A stretch of 63,875 nt of DNA, the filler included, from Chiloscyllium plagiosum (lineage: Eukaryota): assembly GCF_004010195.1 (NCBI RefSeq). It is 3 parts of one record of this genome, joined end to end, with 100 filler letters (N's around TTAATTAATTAA, not from the genome) between each part and the next. Parts side by side here need not be neighbours in the genome. Positions count along the whole stretch, not along the records: positions 1 to 28,156 come from NC_057711.1; 2 more parts are not named here. One strand, 5' to 3'. Position 1 is the stretch's first letter; every line of letters begins with the position of its first letter. The notes under the pieces were generated by a model. The model saw only the letters and a list, made by a program, of their open reading frames with translations. It did not search any database and had not been told where the DNA came from. Below are positions 13,135-26,973 of this stretch, piece after piece. The position numbers and the translations under genes were made by a program.

Positions 13135-13804
13135 ATGGCACCCTACAAATTGAAATTATTTGGCCTGTTGTATTTTGTACAAGGAATACCCTATGGATTA
13201 CAATCTGGTTTACTACCAATTTACCTCAGAACTATTGGAATTTCATATACCAAAATTAGTTTGACTAAGTTCTTGTACTTCCCTTGGCTACTGAAGATAC
13301 TTTGGGCTCCATTTGTGGATCAATATGGGACAAAGCAGAAATGGCTGCTATCTAGTATGTTTGGTCTGTTTCTATGTAGTTTAATAATTTCCAAACTGCA
13401 TCCAAAGACTGATTTCCCAATGTTGGCATTCATTCTGCTGCTGATGAACTTCCTTGCTTCAGTTCAAGATATTGCTGTTGATGGAATAGCAGTACGATTA
13501 CTCAGTAATGACGAAATTGGCTATGGCAACACCATCCAGGTTGTGGGTTATAAGACAGGCTCTGTCGTTTCAGGAGCAGGGCTTTTGACAATGATGGACC
13601 ATATTAGCTGGGATATGCTCTTTGTAGCAATCTCTGTTATTTATGTGATTGCTATCATTTGTGCATGCTTCACGCCTGAACCTCCAACAACCTCTGTTAC
13701 AGAAACTAGGTTGCCTGTGTTGAATCCCCGTGAAATACTAAAAGAAGTAGTTCATGTGCCTGGAACCATTTGGACTCTAATTTATGTCATCATTTACAAA
13801 TTAG
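13135..13804 (+). CDS. MFSD3: Major facilitator superfamily domain-containing protein 3 (AmpG/SLC33A1-like), first coding exon
   Basis: Translation LYFVQGIPYGLQSGLLPIYLR...WLLKILWAPFVD...QDIAVDGIAVRLL...GNTIQVVGYK...IYKLG matches vertebrate MFSD3 as I recall it. Acceptor TTGTTGCAG ends at 13070, in-frame TGA at 13075, Kozak GAAATGG, donor G|GTGAGT at 13805 (phase 1). Confidence 0.95.
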
Positions 13805-14500
13805 GTGAGTGTGACATTATTATGATTGATAAAAAATAATATCCTGTCAGTGTATTTTTCCATATTCATCAATATTTTTGTTTTAAAAGTCTAATTTATC
13901 TTTCTGGTTTTCGGTTCTGAAGTAGGGTGCCGCCAAATACACAAAGCACAACTTGTGAATTTTTGCTGCAGATGCTGACAGACTTGGTGTGTTTTATTTT
14001 GTTATATGTTTTGTTATATATGACATGTTTCTTTGTCAGAAAATCTCTTGAATGCAATGTTATCGTTTGAAATCAATACAAATTGTTTACAAAGAACTGA
14101 TCTATGCTACTGTGCTGCAGATTTGGCAGAATTTAATGGGGCCAGCAGTGGGCCTATCCACTGATTGTTGAGGTGATGGCCCTACATGGTAGAATGTCTC
14201 ATCTCTTAGAGCTGCCAGCCAGGAACACCACAGTAGCACTATAGTAGACCTGAGAAGGAGTCTCATTAATGGAACCCTGGAATGCATGTAAATTGGGTGA
14301 GCCCGAAGGGTTAGGTCAGGGAGGTCCTGGTGTGAAGGATGTTCTGGTCAAAAGGCAGGTGCCTTATCTCATGGGAAGCCCTTGCTGTTGGTTGATTCCT
14401 CCAATGGAAATGGGGTATCCCAACAGGAAGAACATCCTACATCAAACCAGAAGCAAATCTGCTGGGGTTCATCATGGCTCTGTTGATGAGCTCTTTAATT

Positions 14501-14832
14501 CATAGAACCATAGAATCCCTACAGTGTGGAAACAGGCCATACAGCCCAACAAGTTCACATCAACCCTCCCACCCACACCCATTCCCATACCCTATTTCTC
14601 TACATTTCCCCTGACTAATGCACCTAACCTACGCATTCCTGAACACTATGGGCAATTTAGCTTGGCCAATTCACCTAATCTACACATCTTTTGACTGAGG
14701 GAGGAAACTGGAGCACCTGAAGGAAACTCACACAGACATGGGAAGAATATTCAAACTCCACACAGTCTCCCGAGGGTGGAATTGAACCTGGGTCCCTGGC
14801 ACCGTGAGGCAACAGTGCTAAACAACCGAGCC
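14501..14832 (-). mobile_element. HE1-type (V-SINE) tRNA-derived SINE
   Basis: Homologous along its length to 46575-46895; box B GGTTCAATTCC on the minus strand; CR1-like tail. Confidence 0.9.
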
Positions 14833-15286
14833 TCTACTTGTAGGTAGCATGCCTGTTTATTGGTGTTGATGACACAAACAGGCGTGACATGACATGGATG
14901 CCAGTTGCACCCAAGCTGGTGGTATCACCCCCTTCCCTCCATTGAACCAGAGTGCTATTCCACTGATGAGGATGCTACCCCTCTTGGTGCATTATTATCA
15001 CGATTGGCCTCCTTGTCTTACTTGACTGAAGGTTCATCTACAATGCAAGTGCCCATGATAGAGGCTGCTGCTGTATTGACAGCAGAATAGCAGTCTCTAT
15101 AGATGCTCCTGTGGCATTTCTATGACAAAGATGACTGCCACACATATTTCAGCTGAAGGCAGATACGAGAGATCAGATCCCACCATCCCATCCATGGCTT
15201 CAAGAGAAGCACCCACCATTAGATGTAGCTGAGATCTGAGGCCACTGTATCAACTGGAGCACTAAATATATCACTATTTTATTTAG

Positions 15287-15970
15287 AGCCATAGAGCTGT
15301 ACAGCATGGAAACAGACCCTTTGGTCCAACTTATCCATGTCGACCACACATCCTAAATTAATCCAGTCCCATTTGCAAACATTTGGCCCATATCCCTCTA
15401 AACCTTTCCTATTTATATACCCATTCAGATGCCTTTTAAATGTTGCAATTGTACCAGTCTCCACCACTTCATTCCATACATGCACCACTTTCTGTGTGAA
15501 AATGTAGTCCCTTTTAAATCTTTCCTCTCATTTTAAACCCATGCCCTCTAGCTTTGGACTCCCTTACCCTGGGTAAAAGACTTTGACTATGCACCCTATC
15601 CATGCCCCTCATGATTTTATAAACCTCTTTAAAGTCATCTCTCAGCCTGCAACTCTCCAGGCAAAATATCCCCAACCTATTCAGCCTCTTCCTATAGTGC
15701 AAACTCTCTGACCCTGGAAATATCCTTGTACATCATTTCTGAACCCTTTCAAGTTTTACAACATCCTTCCTATAGCACAGAGACCAGAATTGAATGCAAT
15801 ATTCCAAAGTGGCCTAACCAATGTCCTATACAGCTGAAATATGACCCTCCAACTCCCATACTCAATGCACTGCCCAATGAAGGCAAGCATACCAAACACC
15901 TTCTTCACTATTCTATCTGCCTGTAGCTCCACTTTCAAGGGACTATGAACCTGCACTCCACGATCTCTTC
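15287..15970 (-). mobile_element. CR1-type LINE 3' fragment
   Basis: Collinear with 9919-10625; ORFs with LYRTLVRP and RLNRLG...EVYKIMRGMDRV. Confidence 0.92.
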
Positions 15971-16387
15971 ATCACTGGAATTGCAATTTCAGAAACCAAA
16001 TGGTCTACTTGATGTAGTATTTTGAGCAGATAATTTTGGTTGCAGCACCATTCGGACAGATGGATGAGTAGATCTCCTTTGTGGCCTAGATCTGCATGTT
16101 GAGATGAGCTGCTGGAGCCTTGCCTACTGAAGGAGACGGAGCCATGGCAGCTGCCTGAAAAGTGATTACAAACATCTGGGAAGCTTGTGTTGTGGCTGAA
16201 TGCGATGAGTGAACAGGACCATGTGAGTTAAGGTCTTGACAGTCAGGTTTTGATGAACTCAAATCTTCAGAGAAAATTGGGTTAATGATGAAAAGGAATT
16301 TGCTGTGAAGCTCCCTCTGGTGGCAGAGGAGATTTGTGGTTTTATTAATACTGTGTGTGTCTGCTCCCTCTGGTGGTATAGTTTTAG

Positions 16388-16582
16388 GCGAAAGTGGGTA
16401 CTGCGGATGCTGGAGATTACAGTCAAGATTAGAATGATGCTGGAAAAGCACCGCAGGTCAGGCAGCATCCAAGGAGCAGAAAAATTGACATTTTAGGCAA
16501 CAGCCCTTCATCAGGAATGCAAGATTTGCCCGAAATGTCGATTTTCCTGCTCCTGCAATGCTTTTCCAACACCACTCTAATC
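16388..16582. mobile_element. Fold-back Penelope pseudo-LTR mini-element (family A) with a degenerate hammerhead and a 14-bp TSD
   Basis: TGGTATAGTTTTAG at 16374-16387 and 16583-16596. Minus strand reads CTGATGAAGGGCTGTTGCCTAAAATGTC within 16485-16519; the inverted partial arm GCCCGAAATGTCGA follows on +. Confidence 0.85.
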
Positions 16583-17714
16583 TGGTATAGTTTTAGTTTA
16601 ATCTTGTCAGTACACATAATTAGTTGTGAAGGAACCTCTAGTGCAATGTATGAGAAATTAATATGTTGAAGAGTAGACATATGACAATAATGAAGGTAAT
16701 GCCAGATTCTAATTTATAGTGTTTCAGGATTCCAACACTTATTTGATATTCATAGATAGATGGGTTAAAAAAAAATCATGTCTGTCAGTTTCCTATATTT
16801 GGATCTCAAACATAATAGGATTTAACTGTGTACATTAAATTTCTCTCTACATGTGTGTTTATCTGAACTATTATCAGTGCGGTAGAGGATGTTAAAGGAT
16901 GTGAATTAGAAGCTGGCAGAAACAAGCATCCTCAAATTGTTGTGCCCTTCAAAGACACCAGAGAACTTTCAGCAAATAGCACTAATACAAAACCAACGCG
17001 GTGTACTTTAACCAAATAAAAAAAAAAGCTTTTTCATTTAATCCTTAGCTCAAGGTGAAGACACTCTGTACACTGGTGATCAACCAACCTTTCTCTTCAC
17101 AAACAGTAATTAAATGGTATTTAAAAGTTGTGACTGCAATACTTGCTAACTAAGCTTTGTTTGAACTCCGCATGAAAGCAAATGGAATCTGTCAAAAATA
17201 GAGGATAGACTTGTGAAACTGGGTCTCACTGTCATTTTTAAACGTTTTTCAAATCTCTACTAAAAAGAACCTAAGTTTCTCAAGAAATTTAGGATCAAAT
17301 CCATAGTCATCTATTCATCCTCTAAATGTCACATACAAACCTGACTTAGAACTATTTGGCCATTGTTTCAATGATTCTGGGTCCCAATCCTGACAGCATT
17401 ATGGGCGTACTTACATCCTAAGGACTGCTACAGTGCAAGATTGCAAGAATGCGCAAATAGGTATGGACAATAAATGCTGGCCTAGTGAGTGATGCTTGCG
17501 TTCCATGAACAGAAAAAAATAAAACTGTTCTATCCAATACTAGAAATTTAAATTTAATCAATTTTCAGGTCTAGATTCAGTGTATTAACAATGGATACTG
17601 CAGAATTATTTCAAGGGGCAGGGCCAAATGTTTTGAATGTTACTAGCAATTATGCAACCTAAAATGTTTTCAACTTCAATGCTAAGTTATTCTTACTTTA
17701 TACATTTCTCTGAA

Positions 17715-18090
17715 AGCAGTACAAATTAAGACCAAAAACAACCACCTAACTATTCCTATCCCATTTACCAGCACTTAGTTCATAGATTTGTATGCCTTGA
17801 CATTGCAAGTGTATATTTGAATGCTTCTTAAATGTTATGGGGCTTTCTGCCTCTATTAACCTTCCAGGCTATGAGTTCCAGATTCACACAACTCCCTGAG
17901 TGAACTTTTTCCTCACAACCCCAGTAAACCCCCTGCGTCTGACCTTAAATCTATGTCCCCTGGTTATCTATCCCTCCACTAAGGGGAAAAGTTTCTTTCT
18001 GTCTATGATCCTCATGACTTTACACATCTCAATCACGTCCGTCTCTCTGCTGCAAGGGAAAGCAACCCCAGTCTATCTAAACTTTCTTCG
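17715..18090 (-). mobile_element. Old CR1-type LINE 3' fragment
   Basis: Similar to 41890-42300 (CAAAAACAACCACCTAACTATTC...CCTTAAATCTATGTCCCCTGG). Confidence 0.75.
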
Positions 18091-18363
18091 AAAAAATTCT
18101 TAATCTGTGTTTTCACTGATGGTGTTTAATTTGTTGCTATTTTTATTATACACTTTTTTTAAATGTTAGAATACTAATACAAAGTATTATGCTTTTATTC
18201 AGGACCCAAAAATAACATGATGTATAAAAGATTCCACCTTTGTCTGCAACTTCTAACAAGCTTCTATACTTTTCTACTAATTAAAATTTTGCGATTCTTA
18301 ATAATGTTTCTGTAGCTTTATTTTAAGACATAACCAAACTTCCTAGGCTGGCCAACTTTTATT

Positions 18364-21300
18364 TAGAAACATAGAAAATGGGAACAGGAGTAGACCCTGC
18401 TCCTCCATCATGATGACCATGCTTGACCATCCAACTCGACAGCTTGTCTCTGCTTTTCCCTTTATATCCTTTTGATCCCTTTAGCCCTAAGTGTACGTTC
18501 AATTCTTCTTGAAGTCATACAATGTTTTTGCCTCACTGCTTTCTATAATAACAAATTCCACCACTCATCACTCTATAGGTGAAGACATTCATTCTCATTT
18601 CAGTCTGAAATGCTTTACCCCTTATGCTTTGATGGTGACCACTGAATCTGGACTCTTATTGTGAGGCACGTCCTTCCTGCATTTACTCTGTCTAGTCCTG
18701 TTAACATTTTATCAGTTTCTATGAGATTCCCTCTTCATTCCTCCGATTCATAGAATCCCTACAGTGTGGAAACAAGCCTTTGGCCCAACAAGTCCACGCT
18801 GACCCTATGAAGAGTATCTTACCTAGACCGATTCCCCACCCTATTACTATATATTTTCCCCTGACTAATGCACCTAACTTACACATCCCTGAACACTATG
18901 GGCAATTTAGCATGGCCAATTCACCTAACCTGCACATCTTTGGACTGTGAGAGGAAACCAGAGCACTCGGAGGAAACCCACACAGACACGGGGAGAATGT
19001 GCAAACTCCACAGAGACGGTTACCCGAGGCTGGAGTTGAATTTGGGTTCCTGGTGCTGAGCTACCGTGCCACCCATACTGAATAGTTAATATCATATTAT
19101 ACTCCAGTGAATATAATCTTAATCAATTCAACCCCACTTCATATGTCAGTCCTGCTATCCCAGGAATCAGTTTGTTAAACCTTTGTTGCACTACTTTCGT
19201 GGACAGAATGTTCTTCCTCAGATAAGGAGACCAAAACTGCACATGTTATTCCAGGTGAGGTCTCATCAAGGGTCTGTACAATTGCAACAAGACATCTCTG
19301 CACGTGTATTCAAATCCTCTCTATGAACATACTACTTGCCTTCTTCGGCTGCTGCACTTGTGTGATTTCTTTCAGTGACTGGTGTACAATGACACCCGGG
19401 TCTCACTATGGGCTTCTCTCTCTCAGTTTAATCAGATAATAATCCACCTTCCTGTTCTAGCTCCCAAAGTGGCTATCCTCGTTATCGTCATTTATCCACA
19501 TTATTCTGCATCTGCCTTATATTTTCCCATTCACTCAATTTGTCTAAATCACACTGAGCGATCTCTACATCCTCCTCACAGTTGACCCTCCCATCCATCT
19601 TTGTTCCATCTGCAGATTTGGTGATATTTTAATTCATTCCCTCACTTAAAGGGCAGAATAGCCTGCTCTGCACCTATTGTCTATTGTCTATATTGTCTAA
19701 AATAGATTGTGAATAGCTAGGGTCCTAGCACGGATCACTGCAGCACCCTATTAATTATTGCTTGACGTTTGGGCAAAGGCCTGTTTATTCCTACTCTTTG
19801 TTTCCTGTCAGCCAACCCATTTTCTATCCATTTCAGTACATACTCCCAAATCCATATGCTTTAATTTTACAAGCTGATCTCTTTATGAAAAGCATGTCCA
19901 CTGACTCCCCTTCATCAATTCTATGAGTCACATCCTCGAAGAATTCCAGTAGATTGGTCAAACATGATTTCCTTTACATAAATCCATGCTGACACTTTCA
20001 GATTCTGGCACTAATAGTGTTCAGTTATTAATGTTTTTATAATGAACTCTAGTATTTTCCCCACTATCAACATCAGGCTGAATTGTTTAGAATTTCCAGA
20101 TTTCTCACTGCCTCCATTTTTAAATAGAGGGGCTACATTAGCTACCTTGCAATCTGCAGGAACTGTTCCAAAGACTATAGAATCCTAGAAGATGACCACC
20201 GATGCTTCCACTATTTTTAGTTCCACTTCCTTAAGTACTCTGGGATGTAGATATCAGGCCCTGGGGATTTATCTGCCTTCAATCCCAACACCATTTCTCT
20301 ACCAAGTGCTGATTCCCTTCAGTTCCTCAATCTCACTAGACCATGTGTTCCCCAATATTTCTGGTATCTTATTTGTGGCTTCCTTTGTGAGCACAGAAAC
20401 AAAGTATATATTTAGTTGATCAGCCATTTCTTTGTTTCCCATTATAAATTTCCCCGTTTCTGACTGTATACGACTTACTTTTGTCTTCACCAATATTTTT
20501 CTCTTCATATACCTACAGAAACTCTTTTATAGCTGACTCTCGTACTCCATTTTCCTCTTCTTAAGCAATTCGTTTGTCCTCCTTTGCCGAATTTTAAACT
20601 GCCCTGCATGTCAGATCTGTTTGTTTTTCGACAAATTTATATGCTTCATCTTTGGATCTAATACTATCTTCCAATTCCCTTGTAAGGCATGGTTTGCCAG
20701 CCTTTCCTATTTTACTTCTGTGCTTGACGGGAAAGAACAATTGTTGCAGTTCACCCATTTGCTCTTTGAATATTTGCCATTGCCTTCCCACTGTCTCTTC
20801 TTTAACTAATGTCTCACAACCTACCATAGCCAATTCATGCCTCATATCATTATAATTTCCTCTATGTAAATCGAGAACCTTCCCACAGATTCAACTACAT
20901 CATTTCCCTGCTGTACACCTCTTTGACTCTATGGTGCTGTGAATCTCCATCCTCATGACAAATTCTATCAGGTTATGGTCACTCATCCCTAAGGGGCTTT
21001 GCACAACAAGATTGTCAGTTATTCTCATTACGCAATACCCAACCTAGGATGGCCTGCCCTGTAGTTGGTCCCACAATGTATTAGTCTAGAAAATCATCGC
21101 GCGTACGGTCCAGGAATTACCCCTCTATGATATTATTATAAATTGATTTACCCAATCTATATGCAAATTAAAGTCACCCATAATTACAGATGTTCTTTTC
21201 TTGCATATGTCTCTAATTTCCCGTTTAATGCCATTCCCAAGATTGGAGGTCTATATACAATGTCCACTAATATTTTTTGCTCCTTGCTGTTTCTCAACTG

Positions 21301-21640
21301 TACCATTTTTGGAGCTAACATTATTGCTCACTATCGTGTTAATTTCCTCTTTAATCAGCATTGTAACTCCACCACCTTTTCCTTTTTGTCTGCCTTTCCG
21401 AAGTACTGATTATCCCTGGATATTCTATTCCTATCCCTGGTCACCTTGCAGCCATATCTCAGTAATTCTGCTTTATCATATCTGTTTTGATCTATTTGCA
21501 TGATTAATTAATTTGGTTTACTACAAAATGCTCTGCGCATTAAGGTACAAAGCCTGAAGGCTTGTCTTTTTAACATTAAATGTCCAATTTCCATTATCTG
21601 TGGCTCTCTTTGATCCTGACCTTTGAATCCTCTGCTTATC
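18364..21640 (-). mobile_element. Degenerate CR1-type LINE ORF2 (second subfamily) containing nested insertions
   Basis: Minus-strand ORFs with ETGKFIMGNKEMADQLNIYFVSV, homologous to 27762-27971. Tail at 18364-18400. Interrupted by an HE1 SINE and a ~50-bp LINE tail (19648-19699). Confidence 0.88.
18749..19074 (-). mobile_element. HE1-type SINE nested in a CR1 LINE
   Basis: Homologous to 46575-46895, with a small deletion in the tRNA head. Confidence 0.9.
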
Positions 21641-21656
21641 ATTTTTCTTATTTGTT

Positions 21657-23708
21657 TTATGACGTTCATTCTTCTGGTTGTTGGTACAGGGTCCTTTAAA
21701 TTCATCTGGAGCTGTTTCAGTGTGGTGGTAGGTTTGTGGGCTACCATGATGCCTAGGGCCCGAAGTAGTCTGATCGTCATCTCCGAGATGTCTTTAATAT
21801 ATGGCAGAGTGGTTAGAGTTTCTGGGCGTGTTGTGTCTTCTTGATTAGGTCTGTTGTGCTTAATGGGTACCTGTTTTTCCTGAACATGTTGTACAGGTGT
21901 TTTTCCTCAGATTCTCTTAGTTCCTGGGTGTTGCAGTGTGTTGTGGCTCATTTAAATAATGTTCTGATGCAGCTCTGTTTGGGGGTGTTGGGATGATTCC
22001 TCCTATAGTTGAGTATCTGGTCAGTGTGTCTGGTTTTACTGTAAACATTGGTCTGTAGCTCTTCATTGGGTTTGTATTCTATCATGAAATCTCGGAAGGG
22101 GAGTCTGTTGTTATTGTTCTCTTCCTCTTTGGTGAACTTTATACTGGTAAGGATGTTGTTTATGTATTTATGGGTTTCTTCTAATTTGTTCTGTTTCATG
22201 ATGACAAAGGTGTCATCCACATAGTTGACCCAAAGCTTGGGCTGGATCATGGGGAGGGCTGTTCATTCTAATCACTGCATAACTGCTTCTGCTCCAGAGT
22301 CCTGATATTGGTGATCCCATCGGTGTCAACTTGATTTGTTTGTGTGTCTTGTTGTTGAAGGTAAAGTGGATTGTGAGGCACAGGTCTACTAGTTTGAGGA
22401 TGTTATAATTGCTGATGAAGTTGGTGCTGTCTGGTGATTGTGTCCTTGGTTTGTCTAGCAGTGAGGCCAGTGTTCCTTTGGCTAGAGTGATATTGATTGA
22501 TGTGAATAAGGCCATTACATTGAAGCAAACCATGACCTCGTCATCCTCTACCTTTGATGATGTCAAGGAATTCCTGGGTGGAGTGGATGGAGTGGCTTGA
22601 GTCTTCTAATAGATGTTTCAGTTTGTGTTACAGTTCCTTTGCTAGTCTCTATGCCAGTGTACCGGGAAGTGGGACTATGGGTCTGAGGGAGGCCCCTTGT
22701 TTATGTACCTATGATAATCCGTAGAAACTGGGGGGTGTTGGATCCATCAGGTTTCATTCTTTAGAGGTCTGTCTTGTAAATTTTACCTGTCTTGTGAAGT
22801 TTCCTCTGGGGTGCTGTAATGCAGTTTTCTAGCTATGGAGTTGGGTCCATCACCACCTGTTAGTAGGCATTGGTATCTGCGAGTAGTGTGTTTGCTTTAT
22901 CAATGTATGGTGTTCTGTTCAGGATGACGGTCATGCGCCCTTTGTTCTCTGCCTTTTTAGAGTCTTTCCAGTGCTTTCCTTGCCAGTGTGTTGACGATAT
23001 TCCCTTCTTTCTTTCTGCGTAGTCTTGTTGCTTCTGTCTGTCTGATGGTCTGCTGGATTTCTTCCGTAAGTCTGTTGTCTTTCAGGGTGGATTCCAGTGC
23101 AGCTAGGAAGTCCTTTTTGTCTGCATCCATGTGGTTGAAGTTCATCCCTTGAACTAGGACAGCCTTTTCTGTGTCTGTGAGTGGTCGGTCTGACAGGTTC
23201 TCTATCTGAATTGTCTGTGTTATTGCTGTGTGTAAGCTTGGCCAGTTTTTCTTGTAGGGTTTGTCTTTTCTTTGTCTTCGTCTGCTGCTGTTTAGTGTTG
23301 ATGGCAAGTTCTAGTATATTTGTCCACTCATGGTCAGTTGCATTAGTGTACAGAGTTTTTTGGTGCGAAATTTCTCGTTCGTATTTGTGGAGTCAATTGT
23401 GGGCATCAATTATCATTTCTAGTAGCATCCTGTGGCTGTTCTGTTCTGCTGTTCGTCTGGCTTGTGGGGCATAGAGAGGTGGTTTATATTTGACACATCG
23501 TGGTAATGCCTTTTTCCTGAGGGATTTATGTAGGCAGTGCAGTTGTTGGCAGGTGGTGCTCAGTCAGATGGCATTGATTTCCTATCTTTGGGCTAATTTG
23601 AGCATATTGCACCCATAGGTATTTGCAACTTTTGACAAGATTTGTAGCTCAGGTTGTGGATCAGGTTATAAGTTTGATCGGTGAGCTGGTAGATTTGTTC
23701 TCAGATGC
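21657..23708 (-). mobile_element. Penelope-like retroelement (Poseidon-type), decayed ORF with RT, truncated at the start of the GIY-YIG region
   Basis: ENLSDRPLTDTEKAVLVQGMNF, ALFTSI, TPMGSPISG, LWVNYVDDTFVI, FTKEEENNNNRLPF and VYSKTRHTDQILNY are PLE RT-like motifs. The 5' end (23623-23704) matches the pseudo-LTR at 53505-53586. Confidence 0.9.
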
Positions 23709-24055
23709 TTTGTTCTTGTCCTTGATTCCTGCTCCTCTGAAATTTGCATAGGTTGCCAACCCCCTGCCATTTGTTTTGTCTCTATATTCTGTGCTGCCAT
23801 CAAATCATTTTTCCTGAGCATGTTATTGATCAAAGATGGGAATATTGGCACTGCATTCATACATAGTAATATTCACCTTTAGGATAAGATGCAAAATCAA
23901 TGTTCCTATGTATGCTGGATGCAAAAGGTTCTATAAATTTTCAAGAACAGAAAGATTGTAAATGTCTTGGCCAATGATCCACTGTTCTACCTTTATCTTG
24001 TAACCATTTGTGGGCTCTTTCTGTGCACAGTTTGTCTAAGTAATAGCAGTGATAC

Positions 24056-24395
24056 TATAGAAACCTTAGTGTGGAGGCAGGACATTTGGCACATTGAGCC
24101 CACATCCATCCTCTGAGGAGTGTCCCACCCACATCCACCTCCCCCTTCCCTGTCCTTGCCACCCTGTTTTTGCCATGGCTAATCCATCTAGCCTGCACAT
24201 CCCTGGACACTATGGGCAATTTAACCAATGCACCTAATCCACACAACTTTGAACTGTGTGAGGAAACCTGAGCACTCAGAGGAAACCCAGGCAGACACGG
24301 GGAGCATGTGCAAACTCTTCGCAGCCAATCACCCAAGGGTGGAATTGAACCCAGGTCCCTGGCATTGTGAGGCAGCAGTGTGAACCACTGTGACG
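24056..24395 (-). mobile_element. HE1-type SINE
   Basis: Homologous to 46575-46895. Confidence 0.88.
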
Positions 24396-26596
24396 TTCCA
24401 CGTCAGACCTAATGAAATTTGCAGAAAATGTGAATGGTGGTGCATATAATTCCATTACACCTAACCTGGAAGTCACTATTCTAACTCTGTTATTAAAGTT
24501 ACATTATGCTTCATTCCTCTTCACTAACACTCTCTTGATGAATAAGATATTTACAGAGAAAAAAAAAGAACCTCTCAGTCTTTGGTAAGGCCCATGGTTA
24601 ATTCTATAACGTATACTGTTTGCCACTAAATTATTTGAAATCAGTTCATGGATTTTAAGTAATTCGAAAGGGAGTAGTTTTTTTAAACATAATTCATCAA
24701 TCTGTGAAGGTGCCGAATGAAAGTGATAATTTTGGATGTTTCTTTGCCACTACTTCATGCATACCAATTTCATTTGTTGAGGTATTCTACTGTATTGCTT
24801 TCAATTGCCTAATGCTTCTATTCATTTCCACCAAAAAAATTGGATCTATGGTGGCAACATTTCAACTTCCCGAAAACCAGTGCACAGTTTTTATTTTCCT
24901 AACTAACTGTACTGTGATTTCACTTCTGCATCATTACAGTAATCTGTGCTATACTTGTTACAATTAGAAATTTGTTTGTTTTTAGTTTCATTAGTATAGA
25001 GCATAGAATAATAAGAGTAATATAGAACATGATTTCAAGCCACAACAAATTTACTGTAGTGGTAGTTTGTAAGTATGATGTTGGAATATAAAAACTAAAA
25101 TAACAGGGAAAGTACACATATCCTCTTCAAAAGTGTATTCCTGGCATTTTACTCCAGAAGGACAATTTGATTTGAGGTATTTCTGTTTGATGTTGACTAA
25201 GTCAATGGCTAGCATCCAAACGTTATTGGTTGGCACTGCTAAAATAACAGAATGTGACAACTTCAATTAAAGATCACACAATCCAATTTTACTGCCTGGT
25301 GAATAAATGTACTCATGCTTAGCACTCTTTGTTTTCAACATGGGAAGCAGTGCAAGGTCGAATATTTTAAGGATAATTTGTGAAATATTAGAATAAAAAA
25401 GTAAATATACTGATAATGAAAGAAGAACAATCAGTGTTAGTATTACAGGTACATCTAATCATGTCTCTTTGAAAAATCTCAATATTTTGCAGAGTAATAA
25501 TGAACTTAAAGTAATTATTACATAGGCCAATTTACATCCAGTAATATTCTGTAAATAGCATTGATTCCAAGTTTTTGTGCTCATGTCTCAGAGTGGGCTG
25601 TGAACCCGTACCTTCTAATTCAGAGGCAAGACCAGCTGAGTCACAGCTGACAATAAGAAGTAAAAAATGATATCAGTATTCAAAACAATTTTGACATTTA
25701 TGTCTAATAATCTAATAACTTCAGTATGGGAAGATCTTACTTTAGCTATTATTAATCTTTTGCAGTAGATGGCATATAATATGGAGCATTATAAACCCTA
25801 ATGCAGTGGACTGGACTGCCAATGTCTTCATTTTTTTCAAATCATATGCTCAAACCAATGGGAAATTTGGGTAAAACTCAGAAGTGGATAAGAAGCTGGG
25901 CAGGAGAAATGCAGTTCTGATACATGCTTGAGGAATGAAACTATAAGAGAATGCAAGTGAATACTGCAAAATGGCCAGTACTGAGCTGTATTTCAGGGCA
26001 GAGAGTGAGAGAAAAAAAAAGCAAAGGAATAGAAAAAAAAGAGAATAAAAACAAACCAATAATATATATAAATTTTAGTGGCAATTTTGTTAGTGCTGCA
26101 CAAGTAGCTGAAAAGTCCACTTTGAAGTTTGGCCTTCTTCATGATGATGGACACCTTGGCTGTATGGCTTCTGCAATAAGTCTTGCCTTTTCCTTTCACT
26201 GGGAGGTCAGCTGCTGCTGTAATCCGGTACATTCAATCTGGGCTGAGGCAGTCAGTTGGGGCTGTCACAATGCTCCCAATCCCTACTGTATTCTCAGCAT
26301 TTTCTGTTTCTATTCATTCCATGTTAATTTGATGCTTGTAACTGTGGAAAAGTTGCCAGTTTGACTTATCTAAATTTTCTTCTAAGTACCACAATTGTAA
26401 ATTCCTTGAAGATTTAATAACATTAAGAAACTGGGCTGGATTTGCCTAGATCTGGGAATATTTCTAAAAATGCTACATTTCCAGGATAATAGGAGGGATG
26501 CAGCCTAATCTGTTTGTTGGGAGTATTTTTAAAAATCGACTAATATGATGAATCTGATATTAATATCGATTTGGCAATAATTTGTATTGAATGTGA

Positions 26597-26973
26597 TTTA
26601 TAAACTGTTGTTTATAAAATCATGAGGGGCATGGACAGGATAAATAGACAAGATCTTTTTCCCTGGGGTAGCGGAGTCCAGAAATAGAGGGCATAGGTTT
26701 AGGGTGAGAGGGGAAAGATAAAAAACGGACCTAAGGGGCAACTGTTTCATGCAGAGGGTGGTGTGTGTATGGAATGAGCTGCCAGAGGAAGTAGTGGAGG
26801 CTGGTACGTTTGCAGCATTTAAAAGGCATCTGGATTGTATATGAATAGAAAAGGTATACAGGCATATGGGCCAAGTGCTGGCAAATGGGACCAGATTAGG
26901 TTGGGACATCTGGTCGGCATGGACGAGTTGGGCTGAAGAATATGTATCTGTGCTATACCTCTCTATGACTCTA
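26597..26973 (+). mobile_element. CR1-type LINE 3' end
   Basis: Reverse-complement match to 9916-10285, ending in CTCTATGACTCTA. Confidence 0.92.

Noticed and set aside
13105..13839. ORF-track 244-aa protein as a complete single-exon gene
   Set aside because: It starts at a TTG upstream of the real ATG (13135) and runs past the donor at 13805; later exons continue the MFSD3 frame.
14963..14995. CTGATGAG as another hammerhead core
   Set aside because: No stem II closure followed by GAAA.
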